A stretch of 64,000 nt of DNA, from NCBI GenBank assembly GCA_965221425.1, contig OZ244889.1, positions 251,012 to 315,011 of the forward strand, read 5' to 3'. The notes below the pieces were generated by a model. The model ran no database searches. It was not told the DNA's origin and was given only the letters and a program-made list of their open reading frames with translations. Below are positions 40,155 to 51,197 of this stretch, piece after piece. Source of the stretch: Candidatus Poribacteria bacterium (GTDB taxonomy: Bacteria; Poribacteria; WGA-4E; WGA-3G). The stretch's first letter is position 1. The number at the start of each line of letters is the position of its first letter. The translations under genes and the position numbers were made by a program.

Positions 40155-41582
40155 ATGGCACAAATTGATGAGAAACAGATTGAAGAGATTGTTTCACAAG
40201 TATTAACAACACTGCAGAAAGATGGAACGGTAACTGTGCCTTCTCCTGTAACATCTGGGGCGAGTTCTTCGCGGTCAGGTGTTTTCGGAACTGTTGAGGA
40301 GGCTATCGGCGCAGCGAAAACAGCACAAGAAGCACTCGTTAAGCTTGGATTTGCCAAAAGACGCGAAATTATTGAGGCGATAAAACAGGTCTCACTTGAA
40401 AACGCAAAACGACTCGCGGAATTGGCTGTTCAAGATACAAAAATGGGCACCGTGGAACACAAGGTGATGAAAAATGAAGGGGCTGTGAACTTGTCGCCCG
40501 GTATGGAAGACCTTGTGTCGGAGTCTATGTCCGGCGATGATGGCACGCTTTTGATTGAATATGTTCCGTTTGGTATTATAAATTCGATTACCCCCACCAC
40601 TAATCCGACTTCTACAGTGATTAACCATGCGATTATCATGATTGCTGCGGGGAATGCCGTTGTATTTAGTCCGCATCCGAATGCAAGTGAATGTACGGAA
40701 GAGACGATGCATGTCATTAACGAAGGAATTGTAAAAGCGGGCGGCCCTGCGAATTTACTCACCTCCGTTGCGAATGCTACACTGCGGACAGCAAAGCAAA
40801 TTATGGATCATTCCGACATCGCGATGGTCGTTGCGACTGGCGGGGCAAGTGTTGTACGTGCAGCATTAACAAGTGGCAAAAAAGCAATCGCTGCAGGACC
40901 TGGCAATCCTCCCGCGATCATTGACGAAACGGCTGATATTCCAAAAGCAGCAAGGGATGTAATTGCAGGAACAAGTTTTGACAATAACCTCCTCTGTATT
41001 GGTGAAAAAGCGCTTTTTGTTGTTGAATCTGTTGCAAATGAAACGATCCAAGAATTGACAAAGAACGGTGGACATCTACTCAATGCAAGTCAGCGCGAGG
41101 CACTTGAAGCGGTTGTCACGGAGAACGGAGAATCAAACAAGGAATACATCGGTAAAGACGCAAAGGTCATATTAGAAGCAGCAGGTATTTCAGCACCCGC
41201 GCAAACCGTTGCTATTGTGGTGGAAGTGCCAGCTGACCACGATTTTGTTATCAATGAATACCTGATGCCGATTCTGCCTGTCGTTCGGGTGCGCGATTTT
41301 GACGAGGCACTTAAAGGTGCGCTCGCAGCAGATGGCGGCAGAGGACACACCGCGATGCTACACACCAATAACACCGCGCGCATCACACAATACCACAAGG
41401 TAATGAATTGTAGTGTTGTTGTTGTGAATGCCCCCTCTTATGCATGTTGTGGATTGGAAGGTGAAGGCTTTTTAGCGATGACTATTGCTGGGCCGACTGG
41501 TGAAGGATATACCCGCCCTCGTACATTTACACGTCAAAGACGGTTAACCCTTGCTAACAACTTATCTGCACATACATTGTGA
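40155..41582 (+). CDS. CoA-acylating aldehyde dehydrogenase (EutE/PduP-like) with N-terminal encapsulation peptide
   Basis: TPTTNP, ATGG, AGPGNPP, FDNNLLCIGEK, TGEG; N-terminal helix IEEIVSQVLTTL. Confidence 0.92.
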   Translation: MAQIDEKQIEEIVSQVLTTLQKDGTVTVPSPVTSGASSSRSGVFGTVEEAIGAAKTAQEALVKLGFAKRREIIEAIKQVSLENAKRLAELAVQDTKMGTVEHKVMKNEGAVNLSPGMEDLVSESMSGDDGTLLIEYVPFGIINSITPTTNPTSTVINHAIIMIAAGNAVVFSPHPNASECTEETMHVINEGIVKAGGPANLLTSVANATLRTAKQIMDHSDIAMVVATGGASVVRAALTSGKKAIAAGPGNPPAIIDETADIPKAARDVIAGTSFDNNLLCIGEKALFVVESVANETIQELTKNGGHLLNASQREALEAVVTENGESNKEYIGKDAKVILEAAGISAPAQTVAIVVEVPADHDFVINEYLMPILPVVRVRDFDEALKGALAADGGRGHTAMLHTNNTARITQYHKVMNCSVVVVNAPSYACCGLEGEGFLAMTIAGPTGEGYTRPRTFTRQRRLTLANNLSAHTL

Positions 41583-41860
41583 AAGAAATAAGTTTTTTGC
41601 GGCCAGTTTGTGTCGTTTATTTTATAATCAAGGCAAACATTGGTAACCACCATCAATACATCCAGTTCCCAGAATGGAAAGAAAAGCAGAAGCAAGTCCT
41701 CAAGCGCGACGGCTACTTGTGCGTCTGCGGATCACGCGCCGACAACGTCGACCATAAACGGTATCACCACGTCGGCAACGAACCGCTATACGAATTAGTC
41801 GCCCTTTGCGAATATTGCCACAAAGACCTGCATGAACGAAGAACAGACTATATAAACTAA
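41579..41860 (+). CDS. Small HNH endonuclease-like protein, possibly a truncated remnant
   Basis: EW......VLKRDGYLC.C....VDH..Y...LVALCEYCH pattern; poor N-terminus. Confidence 0.55.
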   Translation: MKEISFLRPVCVVYFIIKANIGNHHQYIQFPEWKEKQKQVLKRDGYLCVCGSRADNVDHKRYHHVGNEPLYELVALCEYCHKDLHERRTDYIN

Positions 41861-41876
41861 CAAAGAGGAATCATTA

Positions 41877-42344
41877 ATGGAATTAGAACCACGTTCAAGT
41901 ATTTATGATGGTGAACAAACTGAAATAAATTATCCAACTCAACGAGTTATAAAAAATGCTATTCTCAACCTTGATTTTACGTCTGGGGCACTAACGAATC
42001 AAGAAATAGCAGAACAATTAGCAACACAGTTCTGTTTATCAGAGAAACAGAGAAACGCAACACGTCCAGGATCCCGAAACGTGCGCACTTGGAATAGTCT
42101 GGTTAATGGTGTAATCCAAGATTTAGCAAGTAACAATGAAATAGTTCGTCCAATGCGAGCGACAAATATTACGCCAGATGCATTGAATAGTCTGGTAAAA
42201 AGGTTTCTCGTAGCACTCAGATATGAAACTAATGATGTAGAGGTTCGCGATAAAGACAATGATAATATTAACCTCCTGATCCAAATAGACACCAAAACTC
42301 AAGAAAACGAAGGTAAAACGTTTATTATTGATGTTACACCATAA
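41877..42344 (+). CDS. Mrr N-terminal-like winged-helix protein
   Basis: YPT...AIL...EIAEQLATQFCLSEKQR...WNSLV...L...I.RP.R pattern. Confidence 0.55.
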   Translation: MELEPRSSIYDGEQTEINYPTQRVIKNAILNLDFTSGALTNQEIAEQLATQFCLSEKQRNATRPGSRNVRTWNSLVNGVIQDLASNNEIVRPMRATNITPDALNSLVKRFLVALRYETNDVEVRDKDNDNINLLIQIDTKTQENEGKTFIIDVTP

Positions 42345-42482
42345 CATTCCAAATGAAGATATATTACACATCAATAAGCAGTTTTATACAAAACCGTTAA
42401 TCAGTTTCACATTCTTCGCGCAAAGCGTCATTAAATCGCACATGCACAATTATACACAAAGTTAAATAATAAAGATATTTAA

Positions 42483-42842
42483 ATGAAGAGATTTTGGGAA
42501 AAATGGTTTATAAGCGCATCAAGCGGTTGTTTGGGTAGACTGTCAATTTTTATACTCGTTGGTGTGATTGGCATATTTGGTATTAAGTTTATATTTCCTA
42601 GTGATGACAGTTGGACAAAATTGATTTTCCCAGTATACTGTTTTTGCTTAGTTTTAATGAGTTATGTATTCGGTGATCTGCACACAATATTGAATTGGTT
42701 AAGCAAAAGAAAAGATACGGACCTCAAAATAAAAGAAGCAAGTATTCAGGAGTTAGAACTGAAAAAAGAAATACTTGAATTAGAACAGAAGCAGATAAAC
42801 AGTAGCTCATCCACAGGAAAAGATACAACCGAAGAAAGTTAA
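42483..42842 (+). CDS. Hypothetical 2-TM membrane protein with coiled-coil tail
   Basis: Two hydrophobic segments, then ELELKKEILELE; AT-rich. Confidence 0.6.
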   Translation: MKRFWEKWFISASSGCLGRLSIFILVGVIGIFGIKFIFPSDDSWTKLIFPVYCFCLVLMSYVFGDLHTILNWLSKRKDTDLKIKEASIQELELKKEILELEQKQINSSSSTGKDTTEES

Positions 42843-43276
42843 TGGTGTTAATCCTATTTATTCAGATTTTGAGTATAATTCCATCATTAGCAGCAGCGAA
42901 ATGGATAAAAGACGTAAATGCTGGAAAAGTGTCCCGCCACAACATTAGCCTTGGTTTCTTAATTGCTTTTTACGGTATGTTATTCACAGCATACTTAGGT
43001 TGGAAAACGAATTTTTTTAAGATACATATATCAATAATATTTTGTCTAACTATGGCAAGTATATTTCTAATAACTGCTATAGAAGCAAATTCATCTTCTT
43101 CCGACTACTCGCTTGAAGAGTCAAAGGTATGGCTAAAGTGGTTATTATCTCTTTTAGTTATAACATATCTGATTGTGTTATGTTTTGAGTATCCAAAAAC
43201 GAAAAAGGAATTGGAAATGATAATAATACCAACAGCAACTTTCGTTATTGCGAGATATATTATACGGGATAAATAA
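42842..43276 (+). CDS. Hypothetical multi-TM membrane protein
   Basis: Highly hydrophobic; TAATG overlap with upstream gene. Confidence 0.6.
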   Translation: MVLILFIQILSIIPSLAAAKWIKDVNAGKVSRHNISLGFLIAFYGMLFTAYLGWKTNFFKIHISIIFCLTMASIFLITAIEANSSSSDYSLEESKVWLKWLLSLLVITYLIVLCFEYPKTKKELEMIIIPTATFVIARYIIRDK

Positions 43277-43304
43277 ATAATGGATGAAGTAAGGTTCTAT
43301 TTAT

Positions 43305-43997
43305 ATGAGCGATCAATTGGAACATTCAGATAGCAAAAATGCCAGAATCCTTGAGTTATATAAATTTCATTCTCTACAAGCAACTGAAGTGAGTAATAGA
43401 CGTGCAACGACGAATCGCTTTTTTATATTACTCTTGTCTGGTATCGCAGTAGTTTACACAACACTTTTCCAAATAGATGATAAGACTCAATTACTTCCAT
43501 TTATTACTACAGGTAATCTGAAATATTTACCTTTGACTTTTGGGATCATCGGATTAACGTTATCTTGGGTTTGGCTAATATCTATTGAATCTAATCTTCG
43601 TTATAACACACGGAAATATAAAGTATTGAAGCATATGGAGAGACATTTAGACTACGAATATTTCATAAATGAATGGGCACTTCTTGGGATAAATAAAATA
43701 AATAAGACTTATAGAAGTCTTGCGTTAATCGAGATTGTAACTCCTCTAATATTTATCATTATATTTACGATACTCTATTTATTTAGTCTATCGCATTTAT
43801 CACTACCTACTAATGCAATGTATTTATTCTTCCCTCAATATATGCCACTCTTTCAACCTGATAAGAGTCATTATCTCCTGCCTATTATATTGACGGGTAT
43901 TGCTATATTACCTTGGTTCTTTTACATTCAGAATATTTATTGTTATTATCAGAAAAGCGGTTCTGTAACCAAGGATTCCGTAAAGGCGTTTTTGTGA
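43305..43997 (+). CDS. Membrane protein resembling RipA/Rip1-like octameric membrane proteins
   Basis: LELYK.....A.EVSNRRATTNRFF...W...I......N..KY.VL..ME..L....F..EW pattern. Confidence 0.6.
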   Translation: MSDQLEHSDSKNARILELYKFHSLQATEVSNRRATTNRFFILLLSGIAVVYTTLFQIDDKTQLLPFITTGNLKYLPLTFGIIGLTLSWVWLISIESNLRYNTRKYKVLKHMERHLDYEYFINEWALLGINKINKTYRSLALIEIVTPLIFIIIFTILYLFSLSHLSLPTNAMYLFFPQYMPLFQPDKSHYLLPIILTGIAILPWFFYIQNIYCYYQKSGSVTKDSVKAFL

Positions 43998-44041
43998 ACA
44001 AACCTATCCGCATGGAAGAGGAATGAACAAAGGAGATCAAG

Positions 44042-44347
44042 ATGGCAGAAAGAGCACCTGGTTTTGAAAACTACACCCCATCTCGTTTAGAATGGCTGGC
44101 ACTCATGTTAAATTCACACATGTCGTATGTGGATGCCACCCTTGTGAAAAATGCCGATATAAATAGGATATATATTCCAAAGCATGATGGAAAGACACTA
44201 AAAATAATTGTCAGTCACCCTAAAGACATAAGTTCTGAACTATTAGAAAAGATCATAAACGAGATGGTAGAATACACTGAAGGTATTGCTAAAGTCTATA
44301 AATGGGCTTCATGGCTTGAGATTGAAGTGGAACGTCATTCAGAGTAA
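44042..44347 (+). CDS. Hypothetical protein
   Basis: 101-aa ORF with AAGGAG RBS. Confidence 0.65.
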   Translation: MAERAPGFENYTPSRLEWLALMLNSHMSYVDATLVKNADINRIYIPKHDGKTLKIIVSHPKDISSELLEKIINEMVEYTEGIAKVYKWASWLEIEVERHSE

Positions 44348-44388
44348 ATAATCACTCACACTCCACTGAAATCCTTGCTCCTGTCAAA

Positions 44389-44469
44389 CGTAAATACTAT
44401 ATTGATGACCAATCCGAAATATCAGATGCAGATTTTGACACACTGACGCACTAACTTGAGAAACTTGAA
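44389..44469 (+). repeat. Degenerate duplicate of ligA 5' coding segment (45546-45626)
   Basis: CGTAAATACTATATTGATGACCAATCCGAAATATCAGATGCAGATTTTGAC matches ligA with one mismatch over about 51 bp, then diverges with an in-frame stop. Confidence 0.9.
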
Positions 44470-44484
44470 GATGGAGGGAGAATT

Positions 44485-44883
44485 ATGAGTCGATGGAAAT
44501 ACCTATTCTTGATAATAATCTGTTTATCATTCACAAGCTGCACCGCGCTATTAACAAAACAAGAGTATGTGCCGATTGATCAAAAAATATCGGAAAAGCC
44601 CGTATTCTATGGTGTTGTTTATTCTATTCCAGAAAGAGCAAAAATTTATAAGATTGTTCTTCTCGGTACGGGTAGGGTTCAAAATTACGAGATTTCTGTC
44701 CGTGATAAAAAGAATAAGTGGAAACCGGTGAAACAGATAAAAAGAGCTATTGAGTTTCCGTTTGAAATTACACTTTCGGTTGAGACAGATGCTATCAAAA
44801 TATCTCACTATTCTGTAGTTGGAAGAGGGCGTCTTGACTCGATTCAGCTTTACACATTGGTTGATAAATATCCTACAAAATAA
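44485..44883 (+). CDS. Putative lipoprotein
   Basis: Lipobox FTSC after hydrophobic stretch; GGAG RBS. Confidence 0.7.
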   Translation: MSRWKYLFLIIICLSFTSCTALLTKQEYVPIDQKISEKPVFYGVVYSIPERAKIYKIVLLGTGRVQNYEISVRDKKNKWKPVKQIKRAIEFPFEITLSVETDAIKISHYSVVGRGRLDSIQLYTLVDKYPTK

Positions 44884-44985
44884 GGTCTTCCAAATCAAAA
44901 CGCATGTAGATTTTTACAAAACTTAATTCGCTGGTGCTGTCAAGTTTAATTCAGATTTCATTAGTCCTTTTCCTAACATTACAAT

Positions 44986-45009
44986 GGCGGAGTTGCTCCG
45001 CCTTTTTTT
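44986..45009 (+). terminator. Rho-independent terminator
   Basis: GGCGGAG-TTG-CTCCGCC followed by T7. Confidence 0.8.
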
Positions 45010-45041
45010 ATGTAATCTGTCCGTAAAATGAGACGTTTATA

Positions 45042-45470
45042 TAGTAAACCCATAATGCTTATATATTGTGGTAGGTGCGGTTTCCTAACCGCCCCGTGTC
45101 TGGATAAATGGTGCGGTTAGAAACCGCACCATAGGTGTCAATTTAAGGGGTAAATCTATTTGGCAGTGTCTTCAGTCCCGTAGGGACGATATGTTTATAG
45201 ATATGAAATGTATATATATCTTTAGTCCCGTAGGGACGATATGTGTATCCCAACGACATATTTTTTACATATCGTCCCTACGGGACTAAAGAGGCGTTGT
45301 TCAATGTTTTTCTATAAACATATCGTCCCTACGGGACTAAGATGTGGACAGTTCCAATCGTCATGCCTATTCAGAAGGGCTTTTAGAACAAGAAATATTT
45401 TCTTAAATTGACGCCTATGGTGCGGTTAGAAATCGCACCTACCAGGGTGTCCATATATTTTAGATTACGA
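45042..45470. mobile_element. A-type host with family C element (45130-45419) carrying GTCCCGTAGGGAC hairpin pairs
   Basis: CATAGGTGTCAATTTAAG/CTTAAATTGACGCCTATG flanked by 19-bp direct repeat GTGCGGTTAGAAA(C/T)CGCAC. Confidence 0.8.
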
Positions 45471-45473
45471 TAA

Positions 45474-47811
<2,338 letters not shown>

Positions 47812-47833
<22 letters not shown>

Positions 47834-48245
47834 GACACTTCTGTAGCGCAATCTGTTAGATTACGTTCTCACAGGCACAATCTAAATGAAGTTTAAATAA
47901 ATATTTCGGTAATTTGCGAGGTTAGGAAGAAATCAACGGTATGAATGCGCGTATGGCATTCCCCGCCTTGCCAGCAGCAGGTGTGTATCTCTGCTGGCGA
48001 GGTTTCCTAACCTCGCAAATTACATATCGTCCCTACCAAATCAACGCTATGAATGCGCCAAATCAACGGTGTGAATGCCATTGGGCGAATACGCCAAATC
48101 AACGGTATGAATGCGCGTATGGCATTCCCCGTATGGTATTCGCCATGATTCCCCGTATGGCATTCAGCGGGACTAAAGAGCATTTCTCATATTTGAAAAT
48201 CACTAAATGACACATAAGGTTCAGTTAGGAAATCGAACCTACCAC
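47812..48245. mobile_element. Composite: A left end, D left part (from 47886) with E (47929-47964), C-type hairpin with triple-nested E (48037-48168)
   Basis: Direct sequence comparison with other copies in the window. Confidence 0.75.
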
Positions 48246-48251
48246 TGGTAA

Positions 48252-49121
48252 TCAACAAGGAAGATGGAGAAAAGTTATTACCTGTTTCGTGCTCGGAATT
48301 CGCCGTGAATGTTCAAAAATCTTGCCGTTTGCACTTTCCGACTTACCTTCATTCATTCGCGATTCTTTTGGTTTGCACCAGTAATTTAGCGGCACTTCAC
48401 CTATTAACTCACCAACGCTTACCCTGTTATTAAACTGAGACGCGAATGCCTTCGGATGAAGCGGTTGCCCACTCACCAGATAACAGTTCCTGTTCTCGCG
48501 GAACCCATCAGAATAGGCGAAGTAACGAATAACACCCTCCTCCGAAAACACAATCGCGCAAACAAATTTGGACAACCTTGTGTAATGAATCCCCGTGCTT
48601 GTTAAAGACGTGCCGTACTGTGAAGCAAGCGCAGCAATCGCTGGCAACCCCACTTGTGCATGTGAAGATGAATCCGCCGAAAAGATAGGCGTAGGCATTA
48701 GCAATTCAGCAGCAAATTGATTCGCTCGCTGTTCACTTTGTAGATATGCCTGTTTATTAGGCTTTCCCTGTTCGGCATCCTCAGGCTGCTCTGTCATCAC
48801 AGCATTTAAGCGTTCATCCAGTGAACAAGAACCGACGGAATCGCGCTCTAACAGGTAATGCCCGATTTCATGCGCGATGGTAAAATTCCGCCGAGACTCT
48901 GATCGAATCTGCGCGTTGATAAGAATACCCCACGCATCTCCGACTCGCATCAGACAACCGTCACAAGTATTGGGCAGTTCACGTTCCCAGATTACGATAC
49001 CGAGTTGTGTCGCGATGTGCCTTGGGTCTATCGGAAAATCTTGGACTTTAAGATCGCGAAGGATACCCCACGCTGCTGCAGCAGGGCTGCCCTTCGCATA
49101 TTGCAACCGGTTATTCAGCAT
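48252..49121 (-). CDS. ImmA/IrrE family metallo-endopeptidase (CapP-like)
   Basis: RRNFTIAHEIGH, EQRANQFAAELLMP, YGTSLTS. Confidence 0.9.
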   Translation of the reverse strand: MLNNRLQYAKGSPAAAAWGILRDLKVQDFPIDPRHIATQLGIVIWERELPNTCDGCLMRVGDAWGILINAQIRSESRRNFTIAHEIGHYLLERDSVGSCSLDERLNAVMTEQPEDAEQGKPNKQAYLQSEQRANQFAAELLMPTPIFSADSSSHAQVGLPAIAALASQYGTSLTSTGIHYTRLSKFVCAIVFSEEGVIRYFAYSDGFRENRNCYLVSGQPLHPKAFASQFNNRVSVGELIGEVPLNYWCKPKESRMNEGKSESANGKIFEHSRRIPSTKQVITFLHLPC

Positions 49122-49476
49122 CAACGAAACTTTCACTTGATGTTGCTTGCTCTTGTGCCTTGAGAAATTTATACATCTCAACGAGCGTTTCTTTATTTTT
49201 TTCTGTAAGCGTCATCATTCCCCTCAGCATTACACTTACCGCTGGATCCGCCAATAAGTCTTCAAAACCCAGATCCTTTTTACCAAGCAGGTAATCTGTT
49301 GACACCTTCAGGGCATCAGACAGACTGGAAAGCGTTTTAAAAGAGGGTTTTCGGCTACCCGACTCAAATTGAGAAATAGCCGCAGGCGTTAGATTCGCTT
49401 CTTTTGCTAATTCAGTTTGTGTCATTTTAAGTTCACGTCGACGTTGTTTTATCCGGGAGGTAACTTTTTCACTCAT
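49111..49476 (-). CDS. XRE-family helix-turn-helix regulator
   Basis: RIKQRRRELKMTQTELA...AISQFESGSRKPS...STDYLLG. Confidence 0.93.
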   Translation of the reverse strand: MSEKVTSRIKQRRRELKMTQTELAKEANLTPAAISQFESGSRKPSFKTLSSLSDALKVSTDYLLGKKDLGFEDLLADPAVSVMLRGMMTLTEKNKETLVEMYKFLKAQEQATSSESFVDAE

Positions 49477-49553
49477 AAGTAATTCCTTTCATTCGTAAAG
49501 AAAAAGCATAAATTTCTAAATAATAAACGAAGTCCAATAAAAGCGTGAAATAT

Positions 49554-49582
49554 AGTTTAACATAAAACTTAATTAAATGCAA
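49554..49582 (-). promoter_or_regulatory. Candidate promoter for XRE-ImmA
   Basis: Minus strand TTGCAT-17 bp-TAAACT with TG extension. Confidence 0.5.
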
Positions 49583-49641
49583 ACTTTTTTTACCATAATT
49601 TTCAAAACGAAATTAATGAGTTATTTTTGTGTGGTAAATAC

Positions 49642-49690
49642 AAAATCAATTTGATTTTTTCTGTCAATATGTAGTATACTTATAGTATAC
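49642..49690 (+). promoter_or_regulatory. Candidate divergent promoter overlapped by two palindromes (possible operators)
   Basis: TTGATT-18 bp-TATACT; AAAATCAA-T-TTGATTTT and GTATACT-TAT-AGTATAC palindromes. Confidence 0.45.
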
Positions 49691-49797
49691 AATTATCGGA
49701 AGTTCATAGGTTGGGTAGAGCGTAAGCGAAACTTATAGATAGTTTATACCGAAAACTGACAAACGAGGTGGGATGTATTTACGCAAAGGAGTAATTT

Positions 49798-50130
49798 ATG
49801 AGTGATCGAAATAGAAATGTGAGAGTAACTTATCCAGATAGCACAGATGAAATATTAGAAATGGATGTTGTTCAAGGAGTGGAAGTATGTTTGAAGCTGC
49901 CATTTTCCGAACTACGACACTATTTAAAAGATGGCACAGTTAAAATCCAGCAAAATGTTTTTGCTCTACCAGGGTACCGTAAATTTATACGTAGTAAAGT
50001 TGCCCGGATTTCCCCTAAGGATGGTGAGTTTCCAAACAATGACGTGTCGTCAAATGACAGTAAAACATTAAACGTTGTAATGAGATGGGTACCCGGAAAA
50101 GACGATGAGTCACTGGACAATGAAGAATAA
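49798..50130 (+). CDS. Hypothetical protein
   Basis: 110-aa ORF with AAGGAG RBS. Confidence 0.65.
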   Translation: MSDRNRNVRVTYPDSTDEILEMDVVQGVEVCLKLPFSELRHYLKDGTVKIQQNVFALPGYRKFIRSKVARISPKDGEFPNNDVSSNDSKTLNVVMRWVPGKDDESLDNEE

Positions 50131-50211
50131 TTTTGGAGGAAATTTTCTAAATATTAGCACCTTATAACCCAATGAGGATTTTTCATGGAAATGGTATTTT
50201 GGAGTTGCTAG

Positions 50212-51186
50212 ATGAAATTAACAAGATACATGGATTTAAAAAAATATAAGGATTTAATATCTACACAAACGCTATTTTTCCCTCGGTGTGATAAATTTGA
50301 GGATAAGTTTGAAGGTTCTTTGGGTTTTGTTTCTCCTGACAAATTGATAGAACAACGAATACAAAAATTAGAACAAATAACCAGTATGCCTCAACAGGGA
50401 AAAACTTTGGCAATTGAATTCTTAGAAGCTTTTGAGCCGTTATTTTATAATCATTTCTTGCGAGATTTTACTTTTGTGAGCTGCTGGCATAAGAATGCTA
50501 AAGAATCATCTCTTATGTGGAAAGTGTATGCACAAAAGGGAATACAAAAGGGGATAATGGTTAAATCTGATTTATCTTCATTGAAAAATGCTTTGGGGAT
50601 CAGTGTTGACACGTATCAAAATTGTGATATATTTTGGCAAGATCATAGCCTTGATAAATCGGATGGGTATGAAATTTCACTAAAGGTTGATAAGGTTAAA
50701 TATCTTCCACTGGGCACTGAAATCCAAGCTATTGGTTTAGATCGATATTTCCATAAACAACCTGAGTACGCATCTGAAAAGGAATTGAGGGTTGTCCTTC
50801 AACTTCAGTTGGGACTTCATCAAAGACCAAACTTTCCATATCTATTCAATAATGTTCCCTTCATCCATAATCACGTGGAAATGAATGATTTAATCCTAGA
50901 ATTTTGGGAGGATATTGAGCGGACCCATGCCAAACATGCTTCAATATTGAATAGCATTTTGTCAGAACCTGGAGTACGTTGTCGTGTGGATGTTAATTCT
51001 TTGATAAAAGAAGTCGTTGTTAGTCCTTTTGGAAATGGAGGTGTGGATGTGTCAGAAATAGAATCTTTGAATCGTAAATTTAAGGTGAATGCTAAAGTTA
51101 AAAAATCTGCAATAAAAACTACTCCATCTCCAACTAAATTTCGTATAGGTCTTGGGGACGGAAAGAGTATTGAGTTCGAAATCTGA
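50212..51186 (+). CDS. DUF2971-like protein
   Basis: RYMD..K...L...LFF....FEDKFEG, VSCWH...ES..MW..Y, K...Y..EKELR. Confidence 0.7.
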   Translation: MKLTRYMDLKKYKDLISTQTLFFPRCDKFEDKFEGSLGFVSPDKLIEQRIQKLEQITSMPQQGKTLAIEFLEAFEPLFYNHFLRDFTFVSCWHKNAKESSLMWKVYAQKGIQKGIMVKSDLSSLKNALGISVDTYQNCDIFWQDHSLDKSDGYEISLKVDKVKYLPLGTEIQAIGLDRYFHKQPEYASEKELRVVLQLQLGLHQRPNFPYLFNNVPFIHNHVEMNDLILEFWEDIERTHAKHASILNSILSEPGVRCRVDVNSLIKEVVVSPFGNGGVDVSEIESLNRKFKVNAKVKKSAIKTTPSPTKFRIGLGDGKSIEFEI

Positions 51187-51197
51187 GGTTTAATTTA

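Noticed and set aside
45170-45345. Repeated GTCCCGTAGGGAC / ACATATCGTCCCTACGGGACTAAAG units as a CRISPR array
   Set aside because: Only two copies per orientation, inverted relative to each other, no regular unique spacers and no cas genes; this is REP-like.
48252-49476. Prophage or ICE immunity region
   Set aside because: No integrase, replication, conjugation or structural genes nearby.
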